Positions 13,901-28,009 of a DNA stretch of 64,000 nt are shown here, in pieces. The translations under genes were made by a program, and so were the position numbers. Each line of letters begins with the position of its first letter. The stretch's first letter is position 1. The notes under the pieces are model-generated. The model was not told where the DNA came from. It did not search any database and saw only the letters and a list, made by a program, of their open reading frames with translations. This stretch comes from Tubiluchus corallicola (taxonomy: Eukaryota; Animalia; Priapulida), in the NCBI GenBank assembly GCA_030141605.1, contig JAQGDQ010000117.1, positions 1 to 64,000 of the forward strand, read 5' to 3'.

Positions 13901-14995
13901 CCAAACGCCAACTAAACAGTCATGCAACCAAAAATAACAATTACCAGCCAATCAACCAGCTATAGACAGTCAATTAGTAAAAAAGACAGCTGGCCGCACT
14001 TCTAAACCCAACCAAGGGGCTTGCTATATTTCGTAAATAGGTTTACGCCATTTACTAGTTAACATTTCTAACACAAAAGTTTTCTCAATAACATGATTAG
14101 TGAATTTAAATAGCGATCAATCAAAAAGTAACTCCATATCAAGGAAGCCTCGAGTTTGTGCTATGAATATGCAAAGCAAAATTGAAGATCCAGTACCAGT
14201 ATTCATTTATGCAAAATCTGGTCAGTGTAATGTGGCGGATTCATTAGACTCGAAGCAGAATTCATAGCAACTGAGCTAGTTTTTCATTTTCATTTGGCAA
14301 CATATAATAATGTTATGCAATCGCGTCGGGACATGTAAATTTCGGGACAAGATTTTTAGATTTTCGTTTACGAGCTTCAAAGTGGCGGCAGAGGTAGCCG
14401 CCTACATAGAAAAATTCATAAAAACTCGCAAAAGCTCACAAATAAGAGCAAAAAACTGTCACGGTGCTCTCAGCTAATAGGAAGTTACGTCTAATGACTT
14501 TATTAACAGACATTGCATTGTTTTAATGCCAAAAATTAATTATCCTTTGAGTGAATAACGTACTTGGTGGTTTCGCTAGAGACTCTATTTTATGCAGACA
14601 GCTAGTGCCATCTCGCGGACAAAGAAGATTACTGTTAGTAACGCGGCTTCACGTGTGAAGTGCGCAGATTGCACGATGCACATTTAAAACTAGCCCAACT
14701 AGAGAAAATTAGTTTTCTATAATAATGGTTTTTAATACCGAAATAAACTGCAAACCAATAGATAAATGAAGTTAGACAAATGTCAGAGTAACTCCTGTCA
14801 TGTGCTGCCCATGTGTTTGCAAACGGAATGCGTCTGAACAACAGACCCAAAAACGAAGACATCAGATAGTAAATATGTTAGAAATGTAGACCACCATTTT
14901 GTTTTGGTGTGGCGTGCTAGTAAATGTTTTTCTAACAAACATATTCGAACTCACGACTACAAATTATTGCATTATAAAATGTCTAAGCGCAATCT

Positions 14996-15033
14996 CATCA
15001 TCATCATCGTCGCTGTCGTCGTCGTCGTCGTCG

Positions 15034-15070
<37 letters not shown>
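14996..15070. repeat. Compound (CAT)n/(CGT)n trinucleotide microsatellite
   Basis: Seen directly; it explains the poly-S and poly-I/V ORFs in the track. Confidence 0.95.
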
Positions 15071-16986
15071 TATTAAGTATTATTATGAATTAGTCAAGTT
15101 ACAGTGTCGTGATTTCAAGAAACAAAAATTATCGAATAGTAATAGCCGTGCTGTACTATTGCGAAACATATTGCTTATGTGTTCCTGAGAATAACCATGC
15201 TGTACAATAGGCCGTCACCATGTTTTTATTTGTAGTCAGATTGCTTACGTGAATGTACGCTCTTTAGAAGACATGCTTTAAAAGCTTAAAACACATGAAC
15301 AAGAGCTTCGTTGGGCAATTCTACAAGCGTAATGCTACAACGTTTTATAAATAATACTTTTTATAAACGTCTTAAAATAAAAAAAACATAGTCACGTACA
15401 GTATGTTGGTCTGAGTATAACTACTCTAAAAATCTTCATTCTATAAGTCTTTGGCTTTGTATAAAGTTAAGAAACTCACTTTGAATGATGTTTTATTTCA
15501 CTTTCAAGAAGGTTTTTTCTTGTAGTTAACGTGTACCTAATAAAAAATGGTTTCTCTGGTTTAGAGTCCCAGACTTCCAGAGCTGTGCGGAACTTGATTT
15601 ATTGGGAATAACTTCTGCTAAGCAGGCTCGTGTAGAGTGCTTTCATAATTTATAAAGGTTGGCCATCCGCTTTATTTTCCTTAGCGCTACTTTGTCTAGG
15701 TTGCTAGGTCTTGTTTTATTCAACCTAATGGTTTGCAGTTAACTGATGAATAGGGAGCAGAGTTCATGTTTGCTTTTTGTACTGACTAATGTGGTGTGTT
15801 CGCACTGCTGAGCAATTTTATGTGTATATTTGAAGGTATAACCTGTAGAACAGCTATTGTGCAAACTCGATGTGTTAATATAATCTGGTCTGAAACGCTG
15901 AGTGATTATGAAGCCGCAGTCTTAAATGTAAAGCTTCAAATTAAAAATCGGAATGATTGCATATTATACCAGTGAAAAGCTTCAACCTGAAAAAACGAAA
16001 ATTTTGTATTGTGAAGAGCTTTTTCTTCTGATTTTGCATCTGTTTTCTCGAGTTAAATGACCACTTATGACCGGTTAGGAGTATTTATTATTGTATCCAC
16101 TTTTGTAGACCTATTAAAAGCGAATCGAACATTAGGTTGAAATTTGAACGTTTAAAACGTATTCTCAATAGAACAGACGAACATTTTTGAGAGACACTGG
16201 ATGCATGCTGCTAATGTATACCGTGGTTTGTTACACAGAGCATGCCAACGTCTGTAGCACACAAATCTTTTTATGCAGCAGAAAAACATTAAATAGCCTT
16301 TTTAGATTTTAGTATTTTTACAAAACTTCACAAGAACTACAAGCTTTCCTCCCCAAAAATAAAGGATATTCCCCACGAAAATTAGTGGAAAGCGCGCTAG
16401 TATTTTCTATTTTGTAAACTGTAATTAAATTGTGTCAACGGGTGAAAAGTGCACACTAATGTAGCCGAGAAGTCTGTGACCCCAAGTGAACGAACCATAG
16501 AGAAATTTTTATACCCGGGGCGATACTCATAATAATTACCTTTAAGGTAACTACTGAATACGATTTAAAATCCATTCTGCGCAATTTTTAACCTTTGCTC
16601 CTCTGCCAAGGCCTCTAGCAAAGAAAAATAAATTCTACGTATTATTGAGGCAGTGAGGTATTTACGTAGTTTTGCTATTGCTGTCCTAGTACGAAAATCA
16701 ATAAGTAAAATAACAGTATGTTGTAACACATTTGTTGATTGGTTGTATGAGGTTTTTTGTGATCGCAAAATAAGATCGGAAATTCGGCTAGAACAGCCCA
16801 GCGTGGCTGGCAGGTAGAACATACTACATCTAGTGTACTTGCTTTTTAACGACGTTGCATACTTGTAAAGCGGTTTAATTCACGAACAAGTGACATTGCT
16901 TTAAAACCACATTGTCACAAGTAAAAAGCGATTGACATTCCTGAGTTGAGCAAACGGCTGTACCTAACGATCATATAAGGACAAGC

Positions 16987-17155
16987 TTTATACAACATTA
17001 CTGCATGCCCGATGCAAGTCCTGCATGCAGAAAGGCAGTATGTAAGTGGTATAAAATTTAAGGACTAATTTTTTAAGCGTTATGTAAGTGGTATAAAATT
17101 TAAGGACTAATTTTTTTAAGCGTTATGTAAGTGGAGGGTTTTCTTGTGCTTTAAG
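16987..17155 (+). repeat. Short interspersed repeat, copy 2, with an internal ~43-bp tandem duplication
   Basis: Matches 2212-2331; tatgtaagtggtataaaatttaaggactaattttttaagcgt occurs twice in tandem. Confidence 0.8.
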
Positions 17156-17695
17156 AGTCCGAAATAAAATACAGAAAGAAAACGACAGATTGCCATAAGA
17201 GGTCTACCACAATACTAGACAGCTGCTAATCGGCTTGCTTAATATGTTTGTTACTTACTGATCAGCTTTAGCAAAGTGTGGGTTGAGGGGGATAAGCAGA
17301 CCAAAAGCGACCTGTGAGGCTACTCAATTAAAATACACTGGCACTAAAATACAATAAACTAGGCTTTCGTTAATAAGCAGGTATATATAGCAGATACACT
17401 TTGTATTATCGCTGCTGCCAAAAGTAAGAATTCTATGGAATAATTACATTAGTTTATCTCTAGTCATCACCAATGACGCAATTTGTGACCATGAGCGTGA
17501 TGGTGCGAACCGTAAGGAATAAAAATACTAAGCTAAGAGCACGGGTCATCTAGCACGTCAAGACTAAACGAAATTTGCCATTCAATTACCAATTAAAACT
17601 TGCTACATCGTTTGAGGCATAGCAAAGGTGAGTCGTCAAAGTTAACGTCTGAATGTGCGCGGCTAATAGAGCATTTAACTGGAATTACGTTAGAA

Positions 17696-18263
17696 ATGAA
17701 ACGTTTTATCACTATTTTTATCACAATGACAGCAGTTTTCCTTGCTGGATTTATGTTATTTGTTAATTATGCGAATGATTGGGAACAACAAATCTCGCGG
17801 AAAATAACTCTCGTAATAAAATCTGACGATGCGTTTGAAAAGATTCAGAAACCAAGTAAGAACGTGATGGTGTTTGTCGCTGTTGCCAGTGCTTATAAAG
17901 ATCGTGAAACTAGACGTAACAATCTCAGAAAAACGTGGTTAAATGTTAGCGAGAATGTTGTTTACAGGTTCTTTACTGATCAACTGGATAGCGAGGGCAA
18001 AGAGCTTTCTACAAACTTTTTAGCAAACTTACGGACTGAGCAAAAACGCTATGGCGACATGGTGTTCACAGATGTTCCTTCAGGATTGAATAATGGTAGA
18101 AGAATGATCTGGATCATGGAGTGGGCTGTACAGAATTACAACTTTACATATTTTCTGAAAGCTGACGATGATGTGTTCGTCTGCATGGAAAGACTAGTGC
18201 GGGAACTTCAAGTTAGACCGAAGGAGCTATTTTACTGGGGCTGGGCATATTGTCATAGAACAG
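17696..18263 (+). CDS. GT31-family (beta-1,3-galactosyltransferase 6-like) glycosyltransferase, coding exon 1
   Basis: ATG at 17696 is followed by a type II signal anchor (MKRFITIFITMTAVFLAGFMLFV). GT31 motifs are VFVAVAS, RRNNLRKTW, YRFF, EQKRYGDMV, the DxD motif FLKADDDVFV and LFYWG. The donor CAG|GTATTT at 18263/18264 is phase 1. Confidence 0.88.
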
Positions 18264-18703
18264 GTATTTAAAGTTGATAATATATCCCGGAAGAAAAAAC
18301 AAAACAGAAACCAAAAACATTTTGTAAGCTTACCACGCACGAGTACACAAAATCTTTGCTCGGCAAAAGTATTTTTTAACATTACGAATTAGTAATAATA
18401 TTGTTTACAACGGCACTGCCAGATGCCTTTTTGTTTTGATATTGTACATGTTAATGCAGTATTATACAGCGTTTAATGTTAAAACAAAGAAATTTTGGCA
18501 ATGTTGTAAAATATAAATGTTTCTGAAATTTTCCTGTAAATTTAATTCTAGTGTTTGTGTAGCCTTGTTATCATTTTCTGACTCTCTCCGCTTTAAACCA
18601 GTTTTTGAGATACTATTAAAGTATTTTCGTACTTTAAGGACTTTATTCAGTCCTTTCACACGGTATAGTATTGCTTTCTGTTGCTCTAGATTTCTTTTTA
18701 CAG

Positions 18704-19188
18704 GTGTGTACATGGATGAGCATATCATTGTGTTAACAGCGGATTTAGTTAAAATGTTAGTGGACAAACATAAACGCAATGAACTTATGTGCACTGATCA
18801 CGGTGGCTTCGGACTCGGTTACTGGCTGAGCAACTGGGAAAAGGAAACACAGCAACGAATGGACATGTTTGCTGATAATAAGCGACATCACTGGCCAAAA
18901 CGTGGTTTCTCTCCCTACTCTGAAAACATAAGAACCTATCAAGATATGTGTAACAGGTATATCAGCGTTCACCATTGGTTGTTAACTGATGATATGAAAA
19001 ATGTTTGGTCAACCAGGAATGAGGTGGCGCATGACAAATATAGCATACCTCCTGTGAACATGACAACGTGTGGACACGCCAGAAAGGGGTATTTGGGTAA
19101 AATAGGCCAAAAGTTCATGGCATGCAGTGATGCCGCATTCAAAAGTAAAGCTAATATGTGGAAGGGTTGGCAAAGTAGGATCGTTTAA
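18704..19188 (+). CDS. GT31-family glycosyltransferase, coding exon 2 (350 aa in total)
   Basis: The acceptor tttctttttacag|GT at 18703/18704 is phase-compatible with exon 1 (G+GT = Gly). VLTADLV, LGYWL and CNRYISVHH align with B3GALT6-type C-terminal motifs. The stop TAA is at 19186-19188. Confidence 0.85.
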
Positions 19189-19190
19189 CA

Positions 19191-19571
19191 CAGTGGTTCC
19201 CAAAGTAGGGGTAAATTACCCCCCGGGGGTAATATGTTTTTTTTTGGGGGGGGGGGGTAACGGGCACCCCTCTGAAAATTTTTGTTGTCATTCATTTCTT
19301 CTTGTTTTCGTTTGTTCGAGTAATAATTACTCGAACGAACCTGCTCACTCAGTAATGAGCAGGTTCAGTAATTGTAATTCTTGTTTTGGCAACAATACAA
19401 CAACACCTGGAAATTTATTTATGTCACGAGCAAACATAAATAATTTTGCTTGCTTGTGGTATATACGTTTGTTTACTTTTTGAGTTGGAGAAGCAGTACT
19501 AGGTGGGGGGTAATGGACACGACCAGGTTTCCCGATTTGGGTAACGGTCCGAAAAAGTTTGGGAACCACTG
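19191..19571. mobile_element. hAT (Charlie/Buster-type) MITE, 381 bp
   Basis: The TIRs are CAGTGGTTCCCAAA / TTTGGGAACCACTG. A perfect 8-bp TSD, GTTTAACA (central TA), lies at 19183-19190 and 19572-19579. Confidence 0.93.
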
Positions 19572-20949
19572 GTTTAACACTATAATCTCTGAAGTTGCAG
19601 ATTTAATTGCTTTGCGTTGTTATTCGGGTAAACATATTAATCCGCTGAAATTTGGGTCCAATTTGATCTAATATAAAACAAGAACAGATTTTTAAAGATA
19701 AACCTGCGTAGAAAAATTATGCTATTTATGTTATCATAGTTACAGAGAAACTTTTAAATCCTCAGTTCCACATGCTAACTATAATATTGCTGATGTCCGT
19801 CATACAAGACTCATTAAGATCACAATTTAGTGTTTTGAAATAAACGGCAGCTTTATTAAACAATAATAAACTCAGCTGTAACAGCTTTCAGATTATCGCA
19901 GCCACGCCGTTCTGCTTCATGACATTGAACTACTCGCTGATGCAATTAGACAACAATGCAACAAGTGCTGCCACCTGTTAGTGACAATGCATACCTTACA
20001 CTAACCACCACTTTAATTAACAACACTCGCAGTTTTCACATCCAGCAGACTCCCAAATTCAACTTTAATTTGCTCGGCTACATATTTTTCCTCAGAATAA
20101 ACGCGGTGTTAATTTGCATTAAAACTGATTAATCGATACCAATGTAGGCTGTATAATTAAATGACATTTAGGATGTCATGAAATCATAGCAACCCTTCAT
20201 AGAAAAAAAACAAAAGGCCATGCTCCTTCCAAGAAACTAGTAGAAAGACCTCTTGAATAATAAACACTTATTTTAGTGTCTGATAATGCTGCCAATCCTC
20301 CCTGCCATACACTCTGATATATAGACATTAAATGACGTGGGAACGGTTCATGTTAGTTTCTCGGTTGAACTTGTATCACGAATCACACCCATTTCTTCAA
20401 AAACTCCGTTGATTTTTCATTTCTGGGGATAAAACGTGATAAGAATTTAAAAAATAAATTACAATGTTTAAAAAATTACGAAAATGGCCTTTATATCTAC
20501 TTGTGATAAATTTAATCTAACGAGATCCTGACACCTTGATCAAAAATCAAAAATCATTGCGAAAAGAGGCCCTGTTTTACTGTACAGTATTGTGAAAGCA
20601 ACAAAATTCGGTTACAATCACGCGTAGTTCTCAACAGCCTCAATAGATGTCGCTTTATGATCAGCGGCTTCGATATTATTAGTGATTAAGCGTGCAGTGT
20701 TATTCGGCAGCAGTGTAAGTGAAAAATGCAACGTGAAAAATGTTACACATGAAAAAATGAAGTAGCTTCATGTAGTCGTGCATAAAATATGGTACAGCAC
20801 GCTCACGCGACAACATCTCAGCCAGGACAAAAAGACAAACAAAAGATGCTGGTTTTGCAACCATCTATGAACGCACGAAAGCAATAGTAAACTTGAAAAA
20901 CTGAAAATTTTTGCAACTCTACTGGAACTCGAGCTTCAGACTTTTTGTC

Positions 20950-22620
20950 TTCCAGATAGCTCTGCTAACACCATATGTATCAGTTTTATGTATCGCAATT
21001 TCTCTTAAATACATCACGTATCAACACAACACAAGTAATTTGCAGCCAGCTGTCTTTGCAGAAAATAATGACAATCAACGTGTTTGCAGTAAATTGACTG
21101 ACAGTTTAGAAAAAAAATACAATCACTGCCGGAGTGTTTTGTGGCCTTTCAAAAGCGTTTGATTTGGTCGATAATTCCATTTTAACCAACAAGTTATTTC
21201 GTTACGATATTCGGAGGATTGCATCCAACTGGTTTAGAAGCTACTTGACTAATCGCTTGCAAAGCGTCAAATGCAACAATACAATATCTGATAATTTAAT
21301 TCTTAACTGTGGTGTTCCACAAGAATCCATTCTTGGTCCATTACTGTTTCTTGTTTATATCAGTGATATTGCTGAACAACATGAAAATAACACAATTCGC
21401 TGACGATACAACAATATTTATGGATTTTTGCAAACTTTCGATTACCAATATGAATAATATGCTAAATAATCTTTCGAAGTAGTTTAATTGACACTTAATT
21501 CTAGCAAAACAAAATGTATCATGTTTCGCTAAATTTAACCCACTCCTCAAAATAGTACACTTTTCATTGACGGTGAACCAATTGAATTAATCAAAGAGAC
21601 CAAATTCCTTGGTATCATCCTTCACGAAAATTTGGATTAGACTTCACACATTAACATCATCAGTCTCTTTCACAGGTTCATCTCATTACGTTATAGAACT
21701 CCTTAATTCTACCCTACTCAAACTTTGCTTGTATTCTCTGGGGCTCCACTTACTGACCTGTCAGATTTATATCCACATCGTGCACTGCAACGAAAATTCT
21801 TGCGTAGTTTTATAGTCTTTCTAAATTTTGTACAATTCTAAACAACACTTTAAGGATTGTATACAATTAACAATTGATGAGCTCGTTAAGTATAATATTG
21901 GTGTGTTCATGTACAAAACCCAGTTTAATTTGTTTCCTTAATTTTTTAAAAATGTCTAACGCCATAACACAAGGTATAGCCAACATTATGTTAAATATTG
22001 CAGAACCAACGTTGCTAAACATTTTATTTCTTTTTAGGTCCCAATGTTTAGAATTCTATTTCATGTAACATTGAAACAGTATCATGGCTACCTAGATTTA
22101 AAAAAATGATGAAAACATATCTCTTAAATACATATTAGGTGAAGTTGGTCTCGACCTATTCTGCTTATGTTGCATGTACTATGTTGGATGCCACTCACAG
22201 TCCGTCTCTGTTCATTACAAATTTATGTTTGGTGATAGCCATTTCATCGCATTTTTATCAGCACCACTTCTTCATTTCTTTGCATTTTTTTTTACAATTT
22301 TTAGCTTCTTATCTTTTACTCACATTACTTACCTACACCGTTATTTTACCGTCATGTCATCCCGTTCATTGCTCATCTCTTTTATTCTGCCCCTAACACC
22401 TAACAAAACACCATGTATTGCAGTTGGGCTTTTCATATCTTAGCTTTTAGCTCAGCAGCAAGCAGTTGCGTATTAATTGTTCACATATTAATTGCTCTCT
22501 TGATAAGAAACTGTTAGTAATTTCTTCCATTTTGTTTACTATTGTGTAGTTGTACTTACAATATACATATGTACGTGATTGTAATGGAGTTTTTCTCTAA
22601 TAAACAATAAACAACAAGAT
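20950..22620 (+). mobile_element. Degenerate CR1/L2-group LINE 3' fragment (RT domain to tail)
   Basis: Translates as SKAFDLVDNSILTNKL..WFRSYLTNRLQSV..NCGVPQESILGPLLFLVYISDI, then FADDTT and ETKFLGI in shifted frames. An AATAAAC-repeat tail lies at about 22600-22617. Confidence 0.85.
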
Positions 22621-24399
22621 TAATAGCATTCTATATTTTAAAATGTTTTCCATCTACACAACCACCTCATTTCAGCCTGCATAGACTGTTAATGAATTAA
22701 ATTACATTATCGTAAAGCACTGCTGTCAAAAACGGATGGTCATAGTCGTAGAGCAGCACTCAACCAAAACCCAGCTGAGTGATAAAAGACTTTAGACTCT
22801 TTTGTTCATTTTATCGATGCGTTCATTAGTTTGTTCAAGTAAATGGTGGACCTACTTAAAAATTTGGCAGAAAATTACAGATACGCGCAATAATTTCGGT
22901 TGATTTCGTAATATTCCAGCAAAAAGATAAAATAATAAGTTTTTAAATAAGACCTGAATATTTTTATTGGGTTTACTATTGCCATTTTTTAGCTGACATG
23001 TGTCATGTATCTTCTGCATCAGAAAGGAAACGCAAAGAAAAATTGGTTACATGGCTTAGTATAGTATATAACAACTTTTTGCTAATTACAGTTTTGTCTT
23101 TTTATGATGACACACAAATTTTGAATTGACAATACATATGTATAAAAAGAATTAGCACAATTTTAGTTAGCGCTGTTGCCTAACAACATAATAACCTAAT
23201 AATAAAAAAGCTTACCCGTGGTTTAACATACGTAATGCCAGGATCTTACAATCTTCTTAGAGTTTTACACCACTATAGAGCTAAATTGGTAATCAATATT
23301 ATATTGGATTTATTTTGTTTACATTGCACATGTTAAACCGCTATACACGCACACCCTGTTGTTTGTCTAGGAATTTTACACTGCATTGGCATCTCAATAT
23401 GTCTCGCTTATTGGCCGGCGCAGCACCATTTAAATCAAATAGATATTTATTTATTTTACATGTAAAACTTGAAAATTAGAAGTTTTCCCGCCATCGAGTC
23501 CTTGAAAAACGACGATTAGTCTACGCACTCTATAATGGTAAAAATATCTAGAAATTTATTGCACGGTGGCAGTTTTTATCAGCGTAACGAAGCCTGCACG
23601 ACTAAAACCAAGCGATCAATGTTGTCCGTGTGATTATAGTAGGCTACCTTTCAGATACCAGTCATTATATGTTTATCCTGTTTAAATTTAACTTCAAAAG
23701 TGCTTTCCAGGAATGACATTGAGCATAGTCATTTTGACTAATAATTTTTATAAGATGATATTCGTCGTCATTACGCTTCGTAATTAAGTGTTTAGATGAA
23801 AGAGTGTAATTAAATTATTATTAATACTACAGCAGACTTGTCACACAATCGACTATCATTTTGTTTTCATGGATGCGGGTGATAATTTCGGATCATTATA
23901 TTGGAGTCAATGGATTTTCATTCCTTTGCACATATTAAAGGTGCAAGAGAAGCTAAAAAGCAAACTAAACTCAAAGCGGCACTCACCGAAACGTGTGTGC
24001 TTGGAACCCTGCACAGTAATCCCTGCATCGCAAACATGGCTGCCCTTCGTCTATTTCTTCCACCAAGAGACCCTGCAATAAGGAAAAGTAGTGAAATAAA
24101 TTCGGTTACCTAAGTGTGTACGGCGAGAAACTACGTAAGGTACTTGTGCATCATTGAACATTGGAGAATACCGTCTACGTTTTAGGGTGCGTGTAAAAGA
24201 GAACTTGTCATAAAAATAGGCAGTCCGCTTAAAATGAGGTATGACCAAGACAAAAATAGTGTAAGAGCTGAATTTTGCACAGACACCCAAATAACCTGCA
24301 CGGACGTCCAGAATAGCATATTCAAATCCCCTAAAATCTTTGAGGGAAAACGTTATGGGGCTTTAAATTCAAAGTGGCCTTAAAATCAACACAGCTTTA

Positions 24400-24660
24400 A
24401 AGTCAAAATAACTCAACTAGATTGTATTTAAGGTCGCATAAATATACTACTAGCTGATATAAGAGTGCATACGGTCATTCAGAAAAATAGTGTTTCAAAG
24501 TCATTCAAGGTCAAGGTCATTCAAAACTGCTCAATAAGGAAGTATTTAAGGTAGTGTGAATGTATTAACATCTGATATAAAAGTACATATATGTTCTGTC
24601 AGAAAAATGGTGCTTCAGGGTCATTATTTTGATAAAATATAACCCAACTAGTCATTTGAT
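24400..24660. repeat. Two ~118-bp degenerate tandem units containing TCAAGGTCAAGGTCA
   Basis: gtatttaaggt..ctgatataa..cagaaaaat.gtg.ttca..gtcatt is repeated at about 24424 and 24542. Confidence 0.55.
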
Positions 24661-27286
24661 AGAACACACTAAAAATGGATTAGTAATTTTGCAATGGTAC
24701 GCCTCTTTGATCAATAAGTCAAATTTATTTTTGGCCAAATTTCTAATAATGTCTAATGTCGTTGTTGTTAGCATAACAATTATAAATATTGCATAGCATT
24801 GGTATTATAAAACAAAATATCACATGTAATGGTGGAGGGGCTTATGTTAGAAAATGGGAACTCTGCGAGTTTAGGTAATGAACAATTGATATGCAGACCC
24901 GTATGCAGATATGCAAGCTAGTCACACAACGCCCGGGAATATTGTGACAGCAGTGCTCCAAGCCAAAGCTTCTATTCTCCTTGATGATAAAGCTTTACGC
25001 ATTAATCACTTTTAGCTCCGTGTTTTTTACGAAGTTTTCCTACCACTGCTATCTGTTGCAGCTAATCTCGAACTAAACAGTCAACACCGCATTGGTTTTG
25101 TATTGAGTTGACTGAGTATTCTGTGATTCATCATTACTGTTGTGCCTGCCATTCCGGCTGCGTTCACACTATGCGAGGTACGTCACGCAAAACCGCTGAA
25201 CAGACAAACAACAGAACGCTCACCATTATAAATTATTAATTCGATTTTTCTACAGTGCAGGTGTCATACAATAACTTCACGCAGGCTGCAGCAGAAGCCC
25301 ACACGCCGGGAAATTAACTAATAACTAAAGCAATCTTTCTGCCTTGCTGCATGTTCAATTCCCATACCTAAGAAATCTGAATAAAAGCTAGCAAGTTGGC
25401 ACAATGGCCTTCAACCGTCATGTGCAAATTAATGTTGGCATTTAATCATTGTAGCTATTCGCACAAGAAGCTAATTAGCCTATTATTATCGACGATTTTA
25501 TAAGGCCTGTTTTGTTCGAATTACTGGCAAATAATGATGTTTAGCTCGAAGCGCACCAAGTCTGTGATTACCACATCAGCGTTATGAGGGCGAGAACGAG
25601 AATGGGCTTTGACAAGCGTGTTGCATTTACCGACTGTTTTTGTAATTATTTCAGAAGTACTTTTTTTGCAAATTTCAGTCGTAATTAACGTCTATTAAGT
25701 TCTCCAATAAAATATTTGGGGAGAAGTTTACAATTCCCACACAATTTAAATACCCCAACCTTAGCTAACCCTAACCCACCTTAACCGCAACCCAAACCTA
25801 ATTCTAATCCATTCACGAACTAATTTCTTGTGTATCGGGAACTGTAAACTTTAGCCAATATTTGATACTGCCTATACTAACCAGAATCTCTTAGTTTCTC
25901 ACCATAATTTGGAAAAATTAATAGTAAAATGCTATTCAGGAGTGATTCAAGTTATTTTTCGCTTTTTGTTAAGTCGTGACAAAATATAAAACTCTCGTGT
26001 ATAATTTCACTAAAATTTCGAATTATTTGACTGGAGTTGGAAGGTAACGTAGAAAATGTTTATGACTCATTCGCATCTTATTGGCTTGCTGCTAACTGTT
26101 AGTTTAAAACACAATTTTTTTTGGTTTAGATTAGACAGTTTTTAAAGCTGATACATGAATCCTTTCCGTAACGGTTACCGTGTTAGTACAAAATAACTAA
26201 TAAATGACTATGGAACATGTATAGTTTTTATCATTGTAAATCTAAGACTTTGATCGTGTGCCGTAGTGTCTTAACTGTGGGCTGAAAAATCTACATTTCA
26301 AAAATCTATACCTTGTACGATTTTAATGTTCTATGCACCTTTCAATCCTCCTGTACATCTTAATCCAGCAAAAGCTACGAAAATCTAATAGAAAAGCCAT
26401 GATATCACGCAAAATCTGCGTCTTGCTTGCAAACGAGATTCAGGTTACAAATTGGATTGTTCTACGCACATATTTTGGCCTCGTCTGGCATTACCAGAAT
26501 CCTCAAGAAAGGTTTCTCACCATAACGAAGGCAGTTACTGCAAATTGTAACGATAGGTGAAGGTATCGGAAAACTGAAAATAACCATCGGTGTATAACAC
26601 GTATTACAAACCGTTACCTAGCTACAATATGCATCACGCAAGTTATTACTGCACTTAAGACAGTACCGTCGATTTAGGTAATAGGAATAAATGGAACAGA
26701 TGAAGTTGTAATAAAATAGATCTATATTTATTTTTATACTAACAATAATTCTTATTATAAAATTGAGAATTATAATTACTACTGTTTTATAGTCATGGCG
26801 TTCGCTTTGTAATCGAGAGATTTCGGTTCGAAACCAAACTGTGACCTAATTTCTTCGCATTTCCTTCCGAAAAAAGTTTGTGATCAAAATCCAACGATTA
26901 CTCTTTTTTATAGTAATTAATGTTCCATGCAAATATCGCTTGTAAAAATTCATGTATTTGTTGTTCATAAAATATCTAAACGCAATTATATCAACTTGCG
27001 TTGTTCATACGACACGTTCGATTATTACACTAATAGAATTTTTTTATTACTCTTTAATTACCAAAACAGCTTTAAGCAAACAGCTTGAACTGGGTTTTCT
27101 ATAGTTAATGAATTACAATTATCAGAAGTAAGAATTGCTCGCTGTCCTTGCTGTTACTAGCTGTTGACCTCTGCGTTATATGAGTGACACAATGCACATG
27201 CTATACTAATGCATCGCGTATGTATTGTTTAATTCGTTAGCGAACTTATGTTAATCGTTGACCTTAAAATAAGTTTGAAAAGGATT

Positions 27287-27465
<179 letters not shown>

Positions 27466-28009
27466 AGTATAAAAGCAAGTCATAAAAGGGTGAATGTATA
27501 GCTGAGATTTATGATCCGAATCATTGTGCGAGACATTAGAGTAAAGATAAAACGTTACAAAAGAAACAATAATGCTTATCGTAGTGACTGAATGAATGAA
27601 TGCGTCACTTTCCTATTAGCCTAATAGCACTATTCATGTGTCCAGGTTGTTAGGCCTACAAAGCTCTGTTAGAAATTCTCCCGGGAATTTGGCATCACAC
27701 CTGTAATTACTGAGTGCAGATTGTGATGCACAGACATTTTCATTCGAATGTCTTTTAGACTTGCGTCACACATGATCCCGTAAAACTCATCCAGCATCCA
27801 GCAATAAGCTTATGAAACAAGCTGCAGGCAATGACTCTGACGTTTCAGACCACATTTTAAACCACTAGAATAATAATCCACACTGTAATCAAGACATGGT
27901 ACAAAATCAGTTATATAAGCGATATCAATACTATATTAGAAAGTCCATTAATTTGTCCACTGGGACTCAAACCCAAGACCAGGTTAGTTAGAGTTTGTAT
28001 TGCATGGCG

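Noticed and set aside
18517-18703. N-terminal part of the 223-aa ORF 18517-19188 as a separate gene
   Set aside because: It is read-through of intron sequence. Homology starts at the acceptor at 18704, and the exon joins exon 1 in phase.
23869-24113. Two short overlapping ORFs
   Set aside because: No recognisable domain or convincing splice signals; the context looks like repeat-derived non-coding DNA.
25755-25812. Telomere-like (CCCTAA)-type tract
   Set aside because: Short and highly degenerate. Such tracts are common inside invertebrate non-autonomous elements, so this is not evidence of a telomere fusion.
26790-26860. tRNA gene or SINE head (GGTTCGAAACC B-box-like); a similar reverse motif lies near 27960
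   Set aside because: No convincing cloverleaf or acceptor stem; at most a decayed tRNA-derived SINE.
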